Below, piece after piece: positions 18,256-26,010 of a DNA stretch of 64,000 bases. The position numbers were made by a program, and so were the translations under genes. The notes under the pieces are model-generated. The model was not told the origin of the DNA and ran no database searches. It saw only the letters and a program-made list of their open reading frames with translations. Location: assembly GCA_023393125.1 (NCBI GenBank), contig JAEWMQ010000059.1:1-64000 (forward strand), written 5' to 3'. Numbering within the stretch: position 1 is the first letter of the stretch; each line of letters starts with the position of its first letter. Source of the stretch: Bacillota bacterium. Lineage in GTDB: Bacteria > Bacillota > Clostridia > Lachnospirales > Cellulosilyticaceae.

Positions 18256-18265
18256 TGTTTTTTGA

Positions 18266-20314
18266 TTAGGCCTTTGTGGTGGCCACTTCTAATTGAGTAT
18301 TTTTAATTTCTGCTAAAATCTGTTCTTTAATGCGCTCCACTTCCTCAGATTCCTGGAAACTTTCATTGCCGTTTAAAGCAGTTAGCTTTTCACTCATTAA
18401 AAGCATAATGAGGGATTCAAAAGCATTAACGCCTTGGCCTTCTCCTCCTGCTTGAATAACTGTCTTAGGTACGATGTCAATCTTACCTTCTTTAACAGCT
18501 TTAGAGAATTCACTCATCACATCGTTAATAACCTTGTACTGTGGACCACCGTAAGCATTAACTTGTTCTCTAGCAGCTATAGCTTTTGAGATACCTACTC
18601 TTGCTTCTTTATCAGCTTCGGCTTCTGCTGTTACTTTTATTCTAAATGCTTCACCTTCTGATTGCTTTTTAATCTTATAAGAATCTGCTTCTGCTAGGCG
18701 CTGAATCTTTTCAGCATCTTGTTTAGCTTTCATCAGCTCAGCTTTACCTTGGTTTTCTTGAATTCTAATATTAATATCAGACTCAGTTAAGGTGGTTTGT
18801 TGTTTAGCTACTGCTTCTGCTTCTCTTAATTCCTTTTCTTTTTCTGCTGCTTTTTGTTGGGTTTCGTAGGTCTCTAATTGCTCTTTAGCAATTTGTCTGC
18901 TGCGAAGCTGTGTAAGAATGGTTTCTATATTAGAATCTGAAGTTGAGCTACCTGGTGTACCAATAAGTACTTCTTCTAACTCTAAATTATAATGCTCAAA
19001 GCGTTCTCTCATCTCCATAGCACTTTGGCTCTGGATTTCATTTCTTTGCTGCAAGAGTTCAATGAGTGTTTTCGTTTGCCCTATATTTTTAAAGTAAGCA
19101 GAAATCATAGGATCTAAGGTTTGATCAACTAGCATCTTTACATTCCCAAAACGTTGAATAACATAAGGTGCTTTTCGATAATCAATATGGAATACAACAG
19201 ATAGTGGTAAGGTTGGCTCAAAAGCATCCTTTGTGATAAGACTAACTTCTTTAAGGTTCTCATCATATTTGTGATTCCCTGTTTGATTAGAAATCCATTT
19301 TAAAATAACATTGGTTGTAGGCACTTTTACAATGCTTCCTGCATAGGTATTAAAAGCATATTTACCTGGCATTAATGGCTCGTTCCATACCCCCCTATAC
19401 CCTTTTCCAACAAGTTCTCCGTGCTTATAATCATTACCAGAAGAATCTTCACCCTTTGCGCCAGTATAAGAAACAACTACTCCTACAAAACCTACTTCAA
19501 TGATTACTTTAGGAATATATTCAATAGTTGCAAAAAGTCTATTAATAAAATAAGTACCATCTGCTAAAACCTGATATTGTCTACCTCTATAACCACCAGC
19601 CTTTAAAAAGGCATCAATATCTTGAAAATTGTTATGATAATGTGGATCAGTTGCTACATCTCCTACTGTTGGACAAATAATATTGCCACTACCTAAAGAT
19701 GGTCCATCGTGGACCGTTACAATACCAATTTCATCTTTTTCCCCTTGAATGACAACTGGCCTAAAACCATTTCTATTTTTAATAAGCTCTGACATTTGCA
19801 TAAGCGTGTCTTGCTCTGCCCTATTACCTATTTTTAAGCAGTGCGTCTTATCTTCAGTAATAATCACAAATTGTGCTAGGTTAAAAGCATAAGTTCCCTC
19901 ACGAATAATACCTTGTTGTGGTCCTTTTTGTCCTTTATTTTGTAAAAAGGCCCTTACATTTTGAAAATTATTAGACTCTTTAACAATCCTGCCTAAAGTT
20001 TGTGTAGCTTCTAAAGACTCTCCGTCTCTTGCAAATACATAAGCTATTTTTCCTTGTGGTACTGTTACAAGAGGTACCGTATGTACCTTGTAGAGAAGTG
20101 GTGATTTAAAATGAATACCTCCTCTTAAAAGGTCAGGCTGATAACCGGCTTCTCCATTTAAAGCAATGATTTGCTCCTTTAGAGAACCTTTAGGAGACCA
20201 CCATTTTTCAACGATTCCTACTCTATCATTAGGGATAATTTTAAAACCAACGAGCCAAAAGAATAAAATAACTGCTATGATTCCTACTCCGCAACCTACA
20301 ATTATACTAATCAT
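18266..20314 (-). CDS. Flotillin / SPFH (band-7) family membrane protein, YqiK/FloT-like, unusually long (682 aa)
   Basis: N-terminal TM helix (IIVGCGVGIIAVILFFWLVGF), then an SPFH domain. C-terminal Glu/Ala/Lys-rich coiled coil (…KAAEKEKELREAEAVAKQQ…AEAEADKEARV…) typical of flotillins. Confidence 0.8.
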   Translation of the reverse strand: MISIIVGCGVGIIAVILFFWLVGFKIIPNDRVGIVEKWWSPKGSLKEQIIALNGEAGYQPDLLRGGIHFKSPLLYKVHTVPLVTVPQGKIAYVFARDGESLEATQTLGRIVKESNNFQNVRAFLQNKGQKGPQQGIIREGTYAFNLAQFVIITEDKTHCLKIGNRAEQDTLMQMSELIKNRNGFRPVVIQGEKDEIGIVTVHDGPSLGSGNIICPTVGDVATDPHYHNNFQDIDAFLKAGGYRGRQYQVLADGTYFINRLFATIEYIPKVIIEVGFVGVVVSYTGAKGEDSSGNDYKHGELVGKGYRGVWNEPLMPGKYAFNTYAGSIVKVPTTNVILKWISNQTGNHKYDENLKEVSLITKDAFEPTLPLSVVFHIDYRKAPYVIQRFGNVKMLVDQTLDPMISAYFKNIGQTKTLIELLQQRNEIQSQSAMEMRERFEHYNLELEEVLIGTPGSSTSDSNIETILTQLRSRQIAKEQLETYETQQKAAEKEKELREAEAVAKQQTTLTESDINIRIQENQGKAELMKAKQDAEKIQRLAEADSYKIKKQSEGEAFRIKVTAEAEADKEARVGISKAIAAREQVNAYGGPQYKVINDVMSEFSKAVKEGKIDIVPKTVIQAGGEGQGVNAFESLIMLLMSEKLTALNGNESFQESEEVERIKEQILAEIKNTQLEVATTKA

Positions 20315-20479
20315 TCCTTATCCTCCTTAATTTAACAACTGTATTGAATCATCTTAGTATAGTACAGATTGTGTACCATATCTATATAATAATTAAAATA
20401 TTATAAATAATTTATATTTTCTTAACACTAGATTTTCTACCTAAAAATGTTACGAACCAATTTTATTTTCCTCCCATTA

Positions 20480-20528
20480 CAAAAGCTCTATAACTAACTA
20501 AAATGATACTTCTAGTTAGCTATAGAGC
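20480..20528 (-). terminator. Rho-independent terminator after the nucleotidyltransferase pair
   Basis: AAAGCTCTATAACTAACTaaaatgatacttctAGTTAGCTATAGAGCTTT. A 17/18-bp stem immediately 3' of the stop at 20531. Confidence 0.6.
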
Positions 20529-20530
20529 TT

Positions 20531-21517
20531 TCATTTATAATAATAACTTTCGTAAATAGATTCTATTAGCTTTTGGGCTTTATCTTGTCGTGGCCTCTCT
20601 GGTAACTTGGTAAGCTGAGCTGCTTTATTAAAATGCTTTTCATAGCTATCTACAATTTTAAATATCTGGTCCCAGCTATACTCTCCATGCCTAATACTTA
20701 ATAATGTAGGTAAGTGTTTCTCTAATCTTGTGTGAATACCCTTGCCTTCTAATATATACGTGCCTGTTATCAGTATTCTTACTAAATGCATGGCATGCTT
20801 ATATAATTTACTTTCTTCTTTCTTATGATTACGATGTGTAAGCTTTTCATAGCTTTTGATAGTATTAGTCATATTGGCATAAATACTTGTGAAATCTCTT
20901 AAAGGGTAATCTTCTAAGTGAATGGTCGTTCTTAGATCTTGGCTCTCTCCATCCACATAAACGACTATACTGTCTTTATCAAAAGAAGTATAATCATCAT
21001 TAAATTGTTTAATTTGTCTGGAAATTGTAGCTGCTATATGCTGCTCCTTTAATACTTGGCTGGCACTATTTTGTGCTAGCGCATTTTGAAGTCTTCTAAG
21101 CTGAGCCATTGCATAACCACCAAAAGTATCTGCAACTTTTTGAGATAAGAAAAGCTCTGTATTGTCTCTTAGAAGCTTTCCTTGTGGTGTCATTTGATAA
21201 ATGCAATCTTCATCTATGCCTAATAATTCCAAGGTTTGGGGGTTGGCATTCAATCCTAATCTTACAAATTTCTTTAGGCCAAAGATAACTGTGTCTGTAT
21301 GAAGGTCTTCGTACTGTTCAAAGCTTTCTAATCCAAATAGTACTTCCTTTCCTTCTATGGTACAGCCACGTAAATCTATATCGCTATTTTCATATTGGGT
21401 TCCATAACCGTATGAGCCACTCACCACTAAATATAAAATTCTATCGCCTAGCGCCTTTTCGTTATTTAAAAACTCATAGTCTTTACTTTCTAATTGCTCT
21501 GTAACTTCTATTTTCAT
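20531..21517 (-). CDS. Pol-beta-superfamily nucleotidyltransferase, paralog B
   Basis: The ORF runs to 21529 (GTG). The probable ATG start is at 21517 (MKIEV…), preceded by AGGTGAG. NTase motif VSGSYGYGTQYENSDIDLRG (GS-x10-DxD). C-terminal helical region. 8 nt downstream of paralog A. Confidence 0.7.
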   Translation of the reverse strand: MKIEVTEQLESKDYEFLNNEKALGDRILYLVVSGSYGYGTQYENSDIDLRGCTIEGKEVLFGLESFEQYEDLHTDTVIFGLKKFVRLGLNANPQTLELLGIDEDCIYQMTPQGKLLRDNTELFLSQKVADTFGGYAMAQLRRLQNALAQNSASQVLKEQHIAATISRQIKQFNDDYTSFDKDSIVVYVDGESQDLRTTIHLEDYPLRDFTSIYANMTNTIKSYEKLTHRNHKKEESKLYKHAMHLVRILITGTYILEGKGIHTRLEKHLPTLLSIRHGEYSWDQIFKIVDSYEKHFNKAAQLTKLPERPRQDKAQKLIESIYESYYYK

Positions 21518-21525
21518 CACTTCTC

Positions 21526-22302
21526 TCACCTAATTAACCAATTTCTAAAACACTCATCTAATAACTTTGCCTCTTTAAGTGCTGTAGTTGGTTTAGCTTC
21601 CTGTAAATAGTCATCACAGACTAATAAAACTTTTTCTATATAACCAAGCAACTTAGTGTGAGGTCCTATGACATAAGCTTCATCTACAGTTACTTTTAAT
21701 TCTATTAAATATTTAATCTCTGATATTAACTCTAGTTCTAGATTTAAGCTTTCCATAAGCTGATTGATTTCCATTGGTGGAATACTATGATGGTTTAATA
21801 CATAATCACAAGCTAATGCACTTCGTAAAGCATAAAAGTAAGCCTTCAGTTTACCTAATGGCGTTTCCTTGATTTGTTGCACTTTGTTATAAGCTAAGCT
21901 TTTGTAGTGGTATAGTGCTGTTTTCTCATTAAAATAAATCACCGCTAATGCCATACATTGCTCTCTAAACTCCTTTTCTTCCCGATAAACAATCGGAGAC
22001 TGTAACCACTCCCATACTGTTGGGTTAGATTTTCTGATATGAATGAGTAGCTTTTTTAAATCCCAACCATCTACATCATATACCTCATCTACAGGAAGGC
22101 TTATATGGTCTGTTACTTCTCCTATGGTTAAATATTTCTCCAAAGACTGAGTATATACAAAACGACAATCATAATCTGAGTCAATCGAAGGGAACCCCCA
22201 TCCCCTACTTCCTGATTCTATGGCCATTAAAATATGAATGTGCTTTTCATTTTCCAGTTCATTTAAAGTTTGTTTAATATTATTTACAATCATTGGATTC
22301 AT
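21526..22302 (-). CDS. Pol-beta-superfamily nucleotidyltransferase, paralog A (ANT(6)/KNTase-like or RlaP-like fold)
   Basis: 258 aa. Motif AIESGSRGWGFPSIDSDYDCRFVY (GS-x10-DxD). Resembles the streptomycin adenylyltransferase core EGSR…DYDITYFV. Confidence 0.7.
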   Translation of the reverse strand: MNPMIVNNIKQTLNELENEKHIHILMAIESGSRGWGFPSIDSDYDCRFVYTQSLEKYLTIGEVTDHISLPVDEVYDVDGWDLKKLLIHIRKSNPTVWEWLQSPIVYREEKEFREQCMALAVIYFNEKTALYHYKSLAYNKVQQIKETPLGKLKAYFYALRSALACDYVLNHHSIPPMEINQLMESLNLELELISEIKYLIELKVTVDEAYVIGPHTKLLGYIEKVLLVCDDYLQEAKPTTALKEAKLLDECFRNWLIR

Positions 22303-22366
22303 TTTTTCCCTTTACCCTTCCTATAACTTTTCTTTATTATAGCTTATGTATCAAATTTTTTATGGC

Positions 22367-23011
22367 TTATTTATTCTCTTCTCTATACCAATAACTATGA
22401 AATCCATAATTTTGTATGATGCTATCTTTTGGTGTTTGTGTAATCGTAGAATAGATATTTAAGTAATCACCTATTCCAGTAAATATATTAAGCATCGCCC
22501 ATGAAATAAGGATTTGCGAAACTGATCTATTGCCATCAAACATACCCATGATCCATAATAAGTATGGTATAAAACCTAATACTAAATTAGGACATAAGGA
22601 CAACCATATAAATCTCCTGCGAGAAATAGGTGCATTACAATACACAAATGCTGCAGACTCCTCTTTTTTATACCAAATTTCTTTAATACTTTCTTTTGGA
22701 TAACAAATAGCATGTAGCCCTTCATGAATAGGAATAAGAGATAAACTTATTATACTAGCAATTAGGATGCCTCCTGCCAACTGTTTTATATTAATCTCCA
22801 AAAGCTGCACCTGCCATACTTGAATTTTTACCAGAATACCAATAATCATTATTATAAATATTGGTAAACTAATAAGTGTTCCTTTTATAAACACTTCTTT
22901 CATCGTGTTTGGTTCTTCATACTTAACAGCTATTTCAGGTAATCTCCCTGTTTTTAGTTGTTCTTCATCTTGATATCTACCCATGTACTTAATATTTTTA
23001 AACATCCCCAA
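22367..23011 (-). CDS. Membrane protein with HExxH zincin motif (DUF3267-like putative metallopeptidase)
   Basis: 214 aa, 3-4 TM. HEGLHAICYP motif between TM helices. Confidence 0.6.
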   Translation of the reverse strand: MGMFKNIKYMGRYQDEEQLKTGRLPEIAVKYEEPNTMKEVFIKGTLISLPIFIIMIIGILVKIQVWQVQLLEINIKQLAGGILIASIISLSLIPIHEGLHAICYPKESIKEIWYKKEESAAFVYCNAPISRRRFIWLSLCPNLVLGFIPYLLWIMGMFDGNRSVSQILISWAMLNIFTGIGDYLNIYSTITQTPKDSIIQNYGFHSYWYREENK

Positions 23012-23125
23012 ACTCCTATAATAAGATTATTTTTCTTTGCTTTATCTTATCATTTCTTCTTAGATATCAACCTATCTTTATTTATTTTTTATTATTCCTA
23101 ATGAATACCTATATGCCTCATTCTT

Positions 23126-23425
23126 CTAGCTTAATCCATATTCTTCAGGAGATGGCTGATTTTCTTCTAGCGTATATACCTTTCCATCCTCAGTCCTATT
23201 AATAAAGTGATAGTTGTACATTTCTCTTCTAAGTAGTGCTGCATCATTAAAAGTACATATCTCATTAATGGCTTCATTCATTTCCTTTTCTGTATACGTC
23301 TTATGAGCTTCTAATTGATTAGCTATATAAAACATAACAGCAATCTTTAGCTTTCTTTTAGATGGATACATCGATAATTTACCACTTGAATCCAGATAAT
23401 TTTTCAACCATTTTTCCATCTTCAT
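23126..23425 (-). CDS. Small DUF2087-like protein
   Basis: 99 aa. …KRKLKIAVMFYIANQLEAHKTYTEKEMNEAINEI…LRREMYNYHFINRTEDGKVY resembles the DUF2087 regulator-associated domain. Confidence 0.45.
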   Translation of the reverse strand: MKMEKWLKNYLDSSGKLSMYPSKRKLKIAVMFYIANQLEAHKTYTEKEMNEAINEICTFNDAALLRREMYNYHFINRTEDGKVYTLEENQPSPEEYGLS

Positions 23426-23445
23426 AATCTCCCTTTATATACGAC

Positions 23446-24243
23446 TTACTTTTTATATGTCACCATGACTTTTTTCCCTAACTTTTTGCCTAAGAAGTAA
23501 AAGAAATACCCTATAGGCCTTTTATAAATAGGAACTGGAACAACTTTATCATATACAGTGTCTTTTCTAATAGGATCTGTCCAATAGCTACCATCCTCTG
23601 TTTCATATTCACTCCCTTTTACATAATACAGAGACATTCCCCTAAATAAGTTATAGGGAATCATAACTAAGACACTTGGACTATGTAATTTTTCAAAACT
23701 AATATCTTGATAAAACTTTTTAGTTACCTGCTCACACTTCATTTTTGTTTTATTATTAATCCTATAATCATTCCAGCTATAAGCTGGGACTGACAAAAGA
23801 TAACACTTGTTAAAGCCTATTCCCTTCAAAAAGGATGCAATACTTTTAGCTGCTGATTTAGCCCCTACACCTCCTGTTGTCGTTATAACTAATGCTTTTT
23901 TAGTAAAGAAGTGTGGACGATGAAGAAGGTAACATAAATGATCGAAGAAGTTTTTAAGTAAGGTAGTTTCCCTTCTATTATAACTAGTCGAGGCGACTAT
24001 AATGCCATCAGCTTCTTCAATAGCATCTAACACTTGTTGAATGGTTGCATTATGGGGGCAATTACTTCCTCCTGTTCTAAAACAAAGTGAACACCCTGTG
24101 CAAAATGGTATATTGAGTTTTACTAAATGAATTTCTTCTATAATACTGTCAGGCTCTATAGTTTTTAACAAGCTTTGAACCTCTTCTGCTAACTTCCAAG
24201 TGTTTCCCTTATGCGGGCTTCCATTAATGAATAGATATTTCAT
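23446..24243 (-). CDS. Iron-sulfur flavoprotein (NADPH-dependent FMN reductase / flavodoxin-like fold)
   Basis: The ORF runs to 24273. The probable start is MKYLFINGSPHKGNT at 24243, with an AGGGGGA RBS. Cys cluster CTGCSLCF…CPHN. Flavodoxin-like Rossmann core. Confidence 0.7.
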   Translation of the reverse strand: MKYLFINGSPHKGNTWKLAEEVQSLLKTIEPDSIIEEIHLVKLNIPFCTGCSLCFRTGGSNCPHNATIQQVLDAIEEADGIIVASTSYNRRETTLLKNFFDHLCYLLHRPHFFTKKALVITTTGGVGAKSAAKSIASFLKGIGFNKCYLLSVPAYSWNDYRINNKTKMKCEQVTKKFYQDISFEKLHSPSVLVMIPYNLFRGMSLYYVKGSEYETEDGSYWTDPIRKDTVYDKVVPVPIYKRPIGYFFYFLGKKLGKKVMVTYKK

Positions 24244-24324
24244 TTTTTCTCCCCCTAATTGACAACCTCTCATTGGTTTTGTCTTACCTCTTTTGATTTT
24301 TGTTTATTCTATCTTGGTTCTGCT

Positions 24325-25785
24325 TTATTTATGAAGTATACTAAGCCATGTCCATTCACCATAATCTTCTTCTTTTAGTAATAATCGACTTATATTGACA
24401 CCTAAAAATACTAATATAGTAATGGCTACAAAAATAAAGTTTCTGGTTTCAGAGGTCATATCTAGTTGAATAAAAATTGAGTTTAAAGGTAACAATCTCT
24501 TTAAGTTACTTGTGTACAACACAAATCCAATACCAAAGTTAGTCATACCAGCTAAAAATTGAACACTAAAAATGGCTATGCTTAATCTCATGATAAAACT
24601 TTTATCTAGGACACCTTTTTTACTTTTTCTTTCTCTCAGTATCCATGTTACAGCAAAAAAAGTTACCATGTTCATACTTATGCATAATACAGTACTTGCT
24701 ATCCCTTTGCCAAACAATAGCTCCGAACTAATGAATATTGTGTTTGTTAGTGAGGTAGTAACAGAACTGCTGATTAAAACTAATAATCCAATGCTAATTA
24801 GTCCTACTTTTGAACGTTTCATCTGTACTATTATGCTCCCTATCCCTACATTTAAAACTGTAGCTACCATACCTACCAATAGGCCAACAAAAGCCCCTTC
24901 TCCTAAACTCTTTAGACCTATACTTTCTATGTTAATACCCTCTTTAAGAAACGGAGTGACTATCATCAATAATCCTAACCCACTTCCTACTAGTACAGCC
25001 AAAGAACCTTTAGATACATATTCCTCATTTTTCTCCTCAAATTTTGGAGTAAATAAGCTCCTGCCAATCATATATAGTGGTACACTTAAGACCACAAATA
25101 AAATGACTATACTTATGTTGATAAGTCTCCCTATACCCAGATCTCCATGTGACCATATATATCGCTCTGTAAAAAATAGTCCCCATTGTTCCAACTGCGA
25201 AGATCCAAATGCATAGTTTTGATCTATTCCAAAACTAAACTGAGACATTGTCATAAAATTAATCAGAGCTAAGAAGATTGCTGAAGTCCATACAATTTTA
25301 AAATTAATATTTCTTTTTCTTTCTATATATTTTAGTACAATAAGTATCAGAAACCCTAATCTAAATACAATGATTCCTAATACCACCCACCTAAAATCTC
25401 TACTTAGCCCTATATCACTTGGTACTAACTTTTCAATCCACAGGCTTAATACAATCATGGGCAATACAAATAAAAATCCCCAGAAACCTATAAGCCCATT
25501 CCTAATACGGTTATTCTTAATTGTCTTAAATACAGTTCCAATTACACCCAAGATAATAAATAACACCATTGATATCTCAGAATTAATTTTTAGAACATCT
25601 ACTAAATTATCCTTTGCATATTCAAAAGAATAATTTAGTCCTGGTATTGGTTTAACTACACAACCAACAACTACCAGTCCTATAGTGAAAAATACATAAA
25701 CCCCTAAAATGACTACTGCTAAAACTCCCCACATACTTTTTCTTATTTTTACTGGTTCTTTTAAAATCTCCTGCTCCATTATCAT
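24325..25785 (-). CDS. Polytopic membrane protein of unknown function (≥12 TM)
   Basis: 486 aa, hydrophobic throughout. No recognisable catalytic or transport signature. Confidence 0.6.
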   Translation of the reverse strand: MIMEQEILKEPVKIRKSMWGVLAVVILGVYVFFTIGLVVVGCVVKPIPGLNYSFEYAKDNLVDVLKINSEISMVLFIILGVIGTVFKTIKNNRIRNGLIGFWGFLFVLPMIVLSLWIEKLVPSDIGLSRDFRWVVLGIIVFRLGFLILIVLKYIERKRNINFKIVWTSAIFLALINFMTMSQFSFGIDQNYAFGSSQLEQWGLFFTERYIWSHGDLGIGRLINISIVILFVVLSVPLYMIGRSLFTPKFEEKNEEYVSKGSLAVLVGSGLGLLMIVTPFLKEGINIESIGLKSLGEGAFVGLLVGMVATVLNVGIGSIIVQMKRSKVGLISIGLLVLISSSVTTSLTNTIFISSELLFGKGIASTVLCISMNMVTFFAVTWILRERKSKKGVLDKSFIMRLSIAIFSVQFLAGMTNFGIGFVLYTSNLKRLLPLNSIFIQLDMTSETRNFIFVAITILVFLGVNISRLLLKEEDYGEWTWLSILHK

Positions 25786-25937
25786 GTTTCTCCCCTTTAA
25801 TACAACTTAATGCCTTGATTAATTTTATAATATTTAAAATCTTTATTCAACCATATTAATATAATGATCCCCTACTATCCAGCTAAACTAACTACATTTA
25901 AGTTTCTTTACCAAACTGCTTATTATTTTTATCAAAA

Positions 25938-25982
25938 AGGCCTATGGTCTTCTAATAACAACTAGAAGACCATAGGCCTTTT
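25938..25982. terminator. Bidirectional terminator with 17-bp perfect stem
   Basis: aaaaAGGCCTATGGTCTTCTAataacaaCTAGAAGACCATAGGCCTtttact. Confidence 0.8.
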
Positions 25983-26010
25983 ACTATTTATTTATTATGT
26001 GTCACTATTT

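Noticed and set aside
17401-18265. Identification of the block as RNase P RNA, tmRNA, SRP RNA or a group II intron
   Set aside because: The hallmark motifs are absent. These are GAAAGTCCGGGC and ACAGAAA for RNase P, a tRNA-like GGTTCGAnTCC…CCA 3' end and ANDENYALAA-type tag frame for tmRNA, GGTCAGGTCCGGAAGGAAGCAGC for SRP RNA, and domain V GAGCCGTAT…ACGGTTC for group II introns.
20531-22302. CBASS-type cyclic-oligonucleotide system
   Set aside because: Both proteins have the generic GS…DxD NTase core, but no adjacent effector (patatin, TM, endonuclease, TIR), Cap2/Cap3 or HORMA/TRIP13 genes are present. The sizes and C-terminal domains fit ANT/RlaP-like NTases better.
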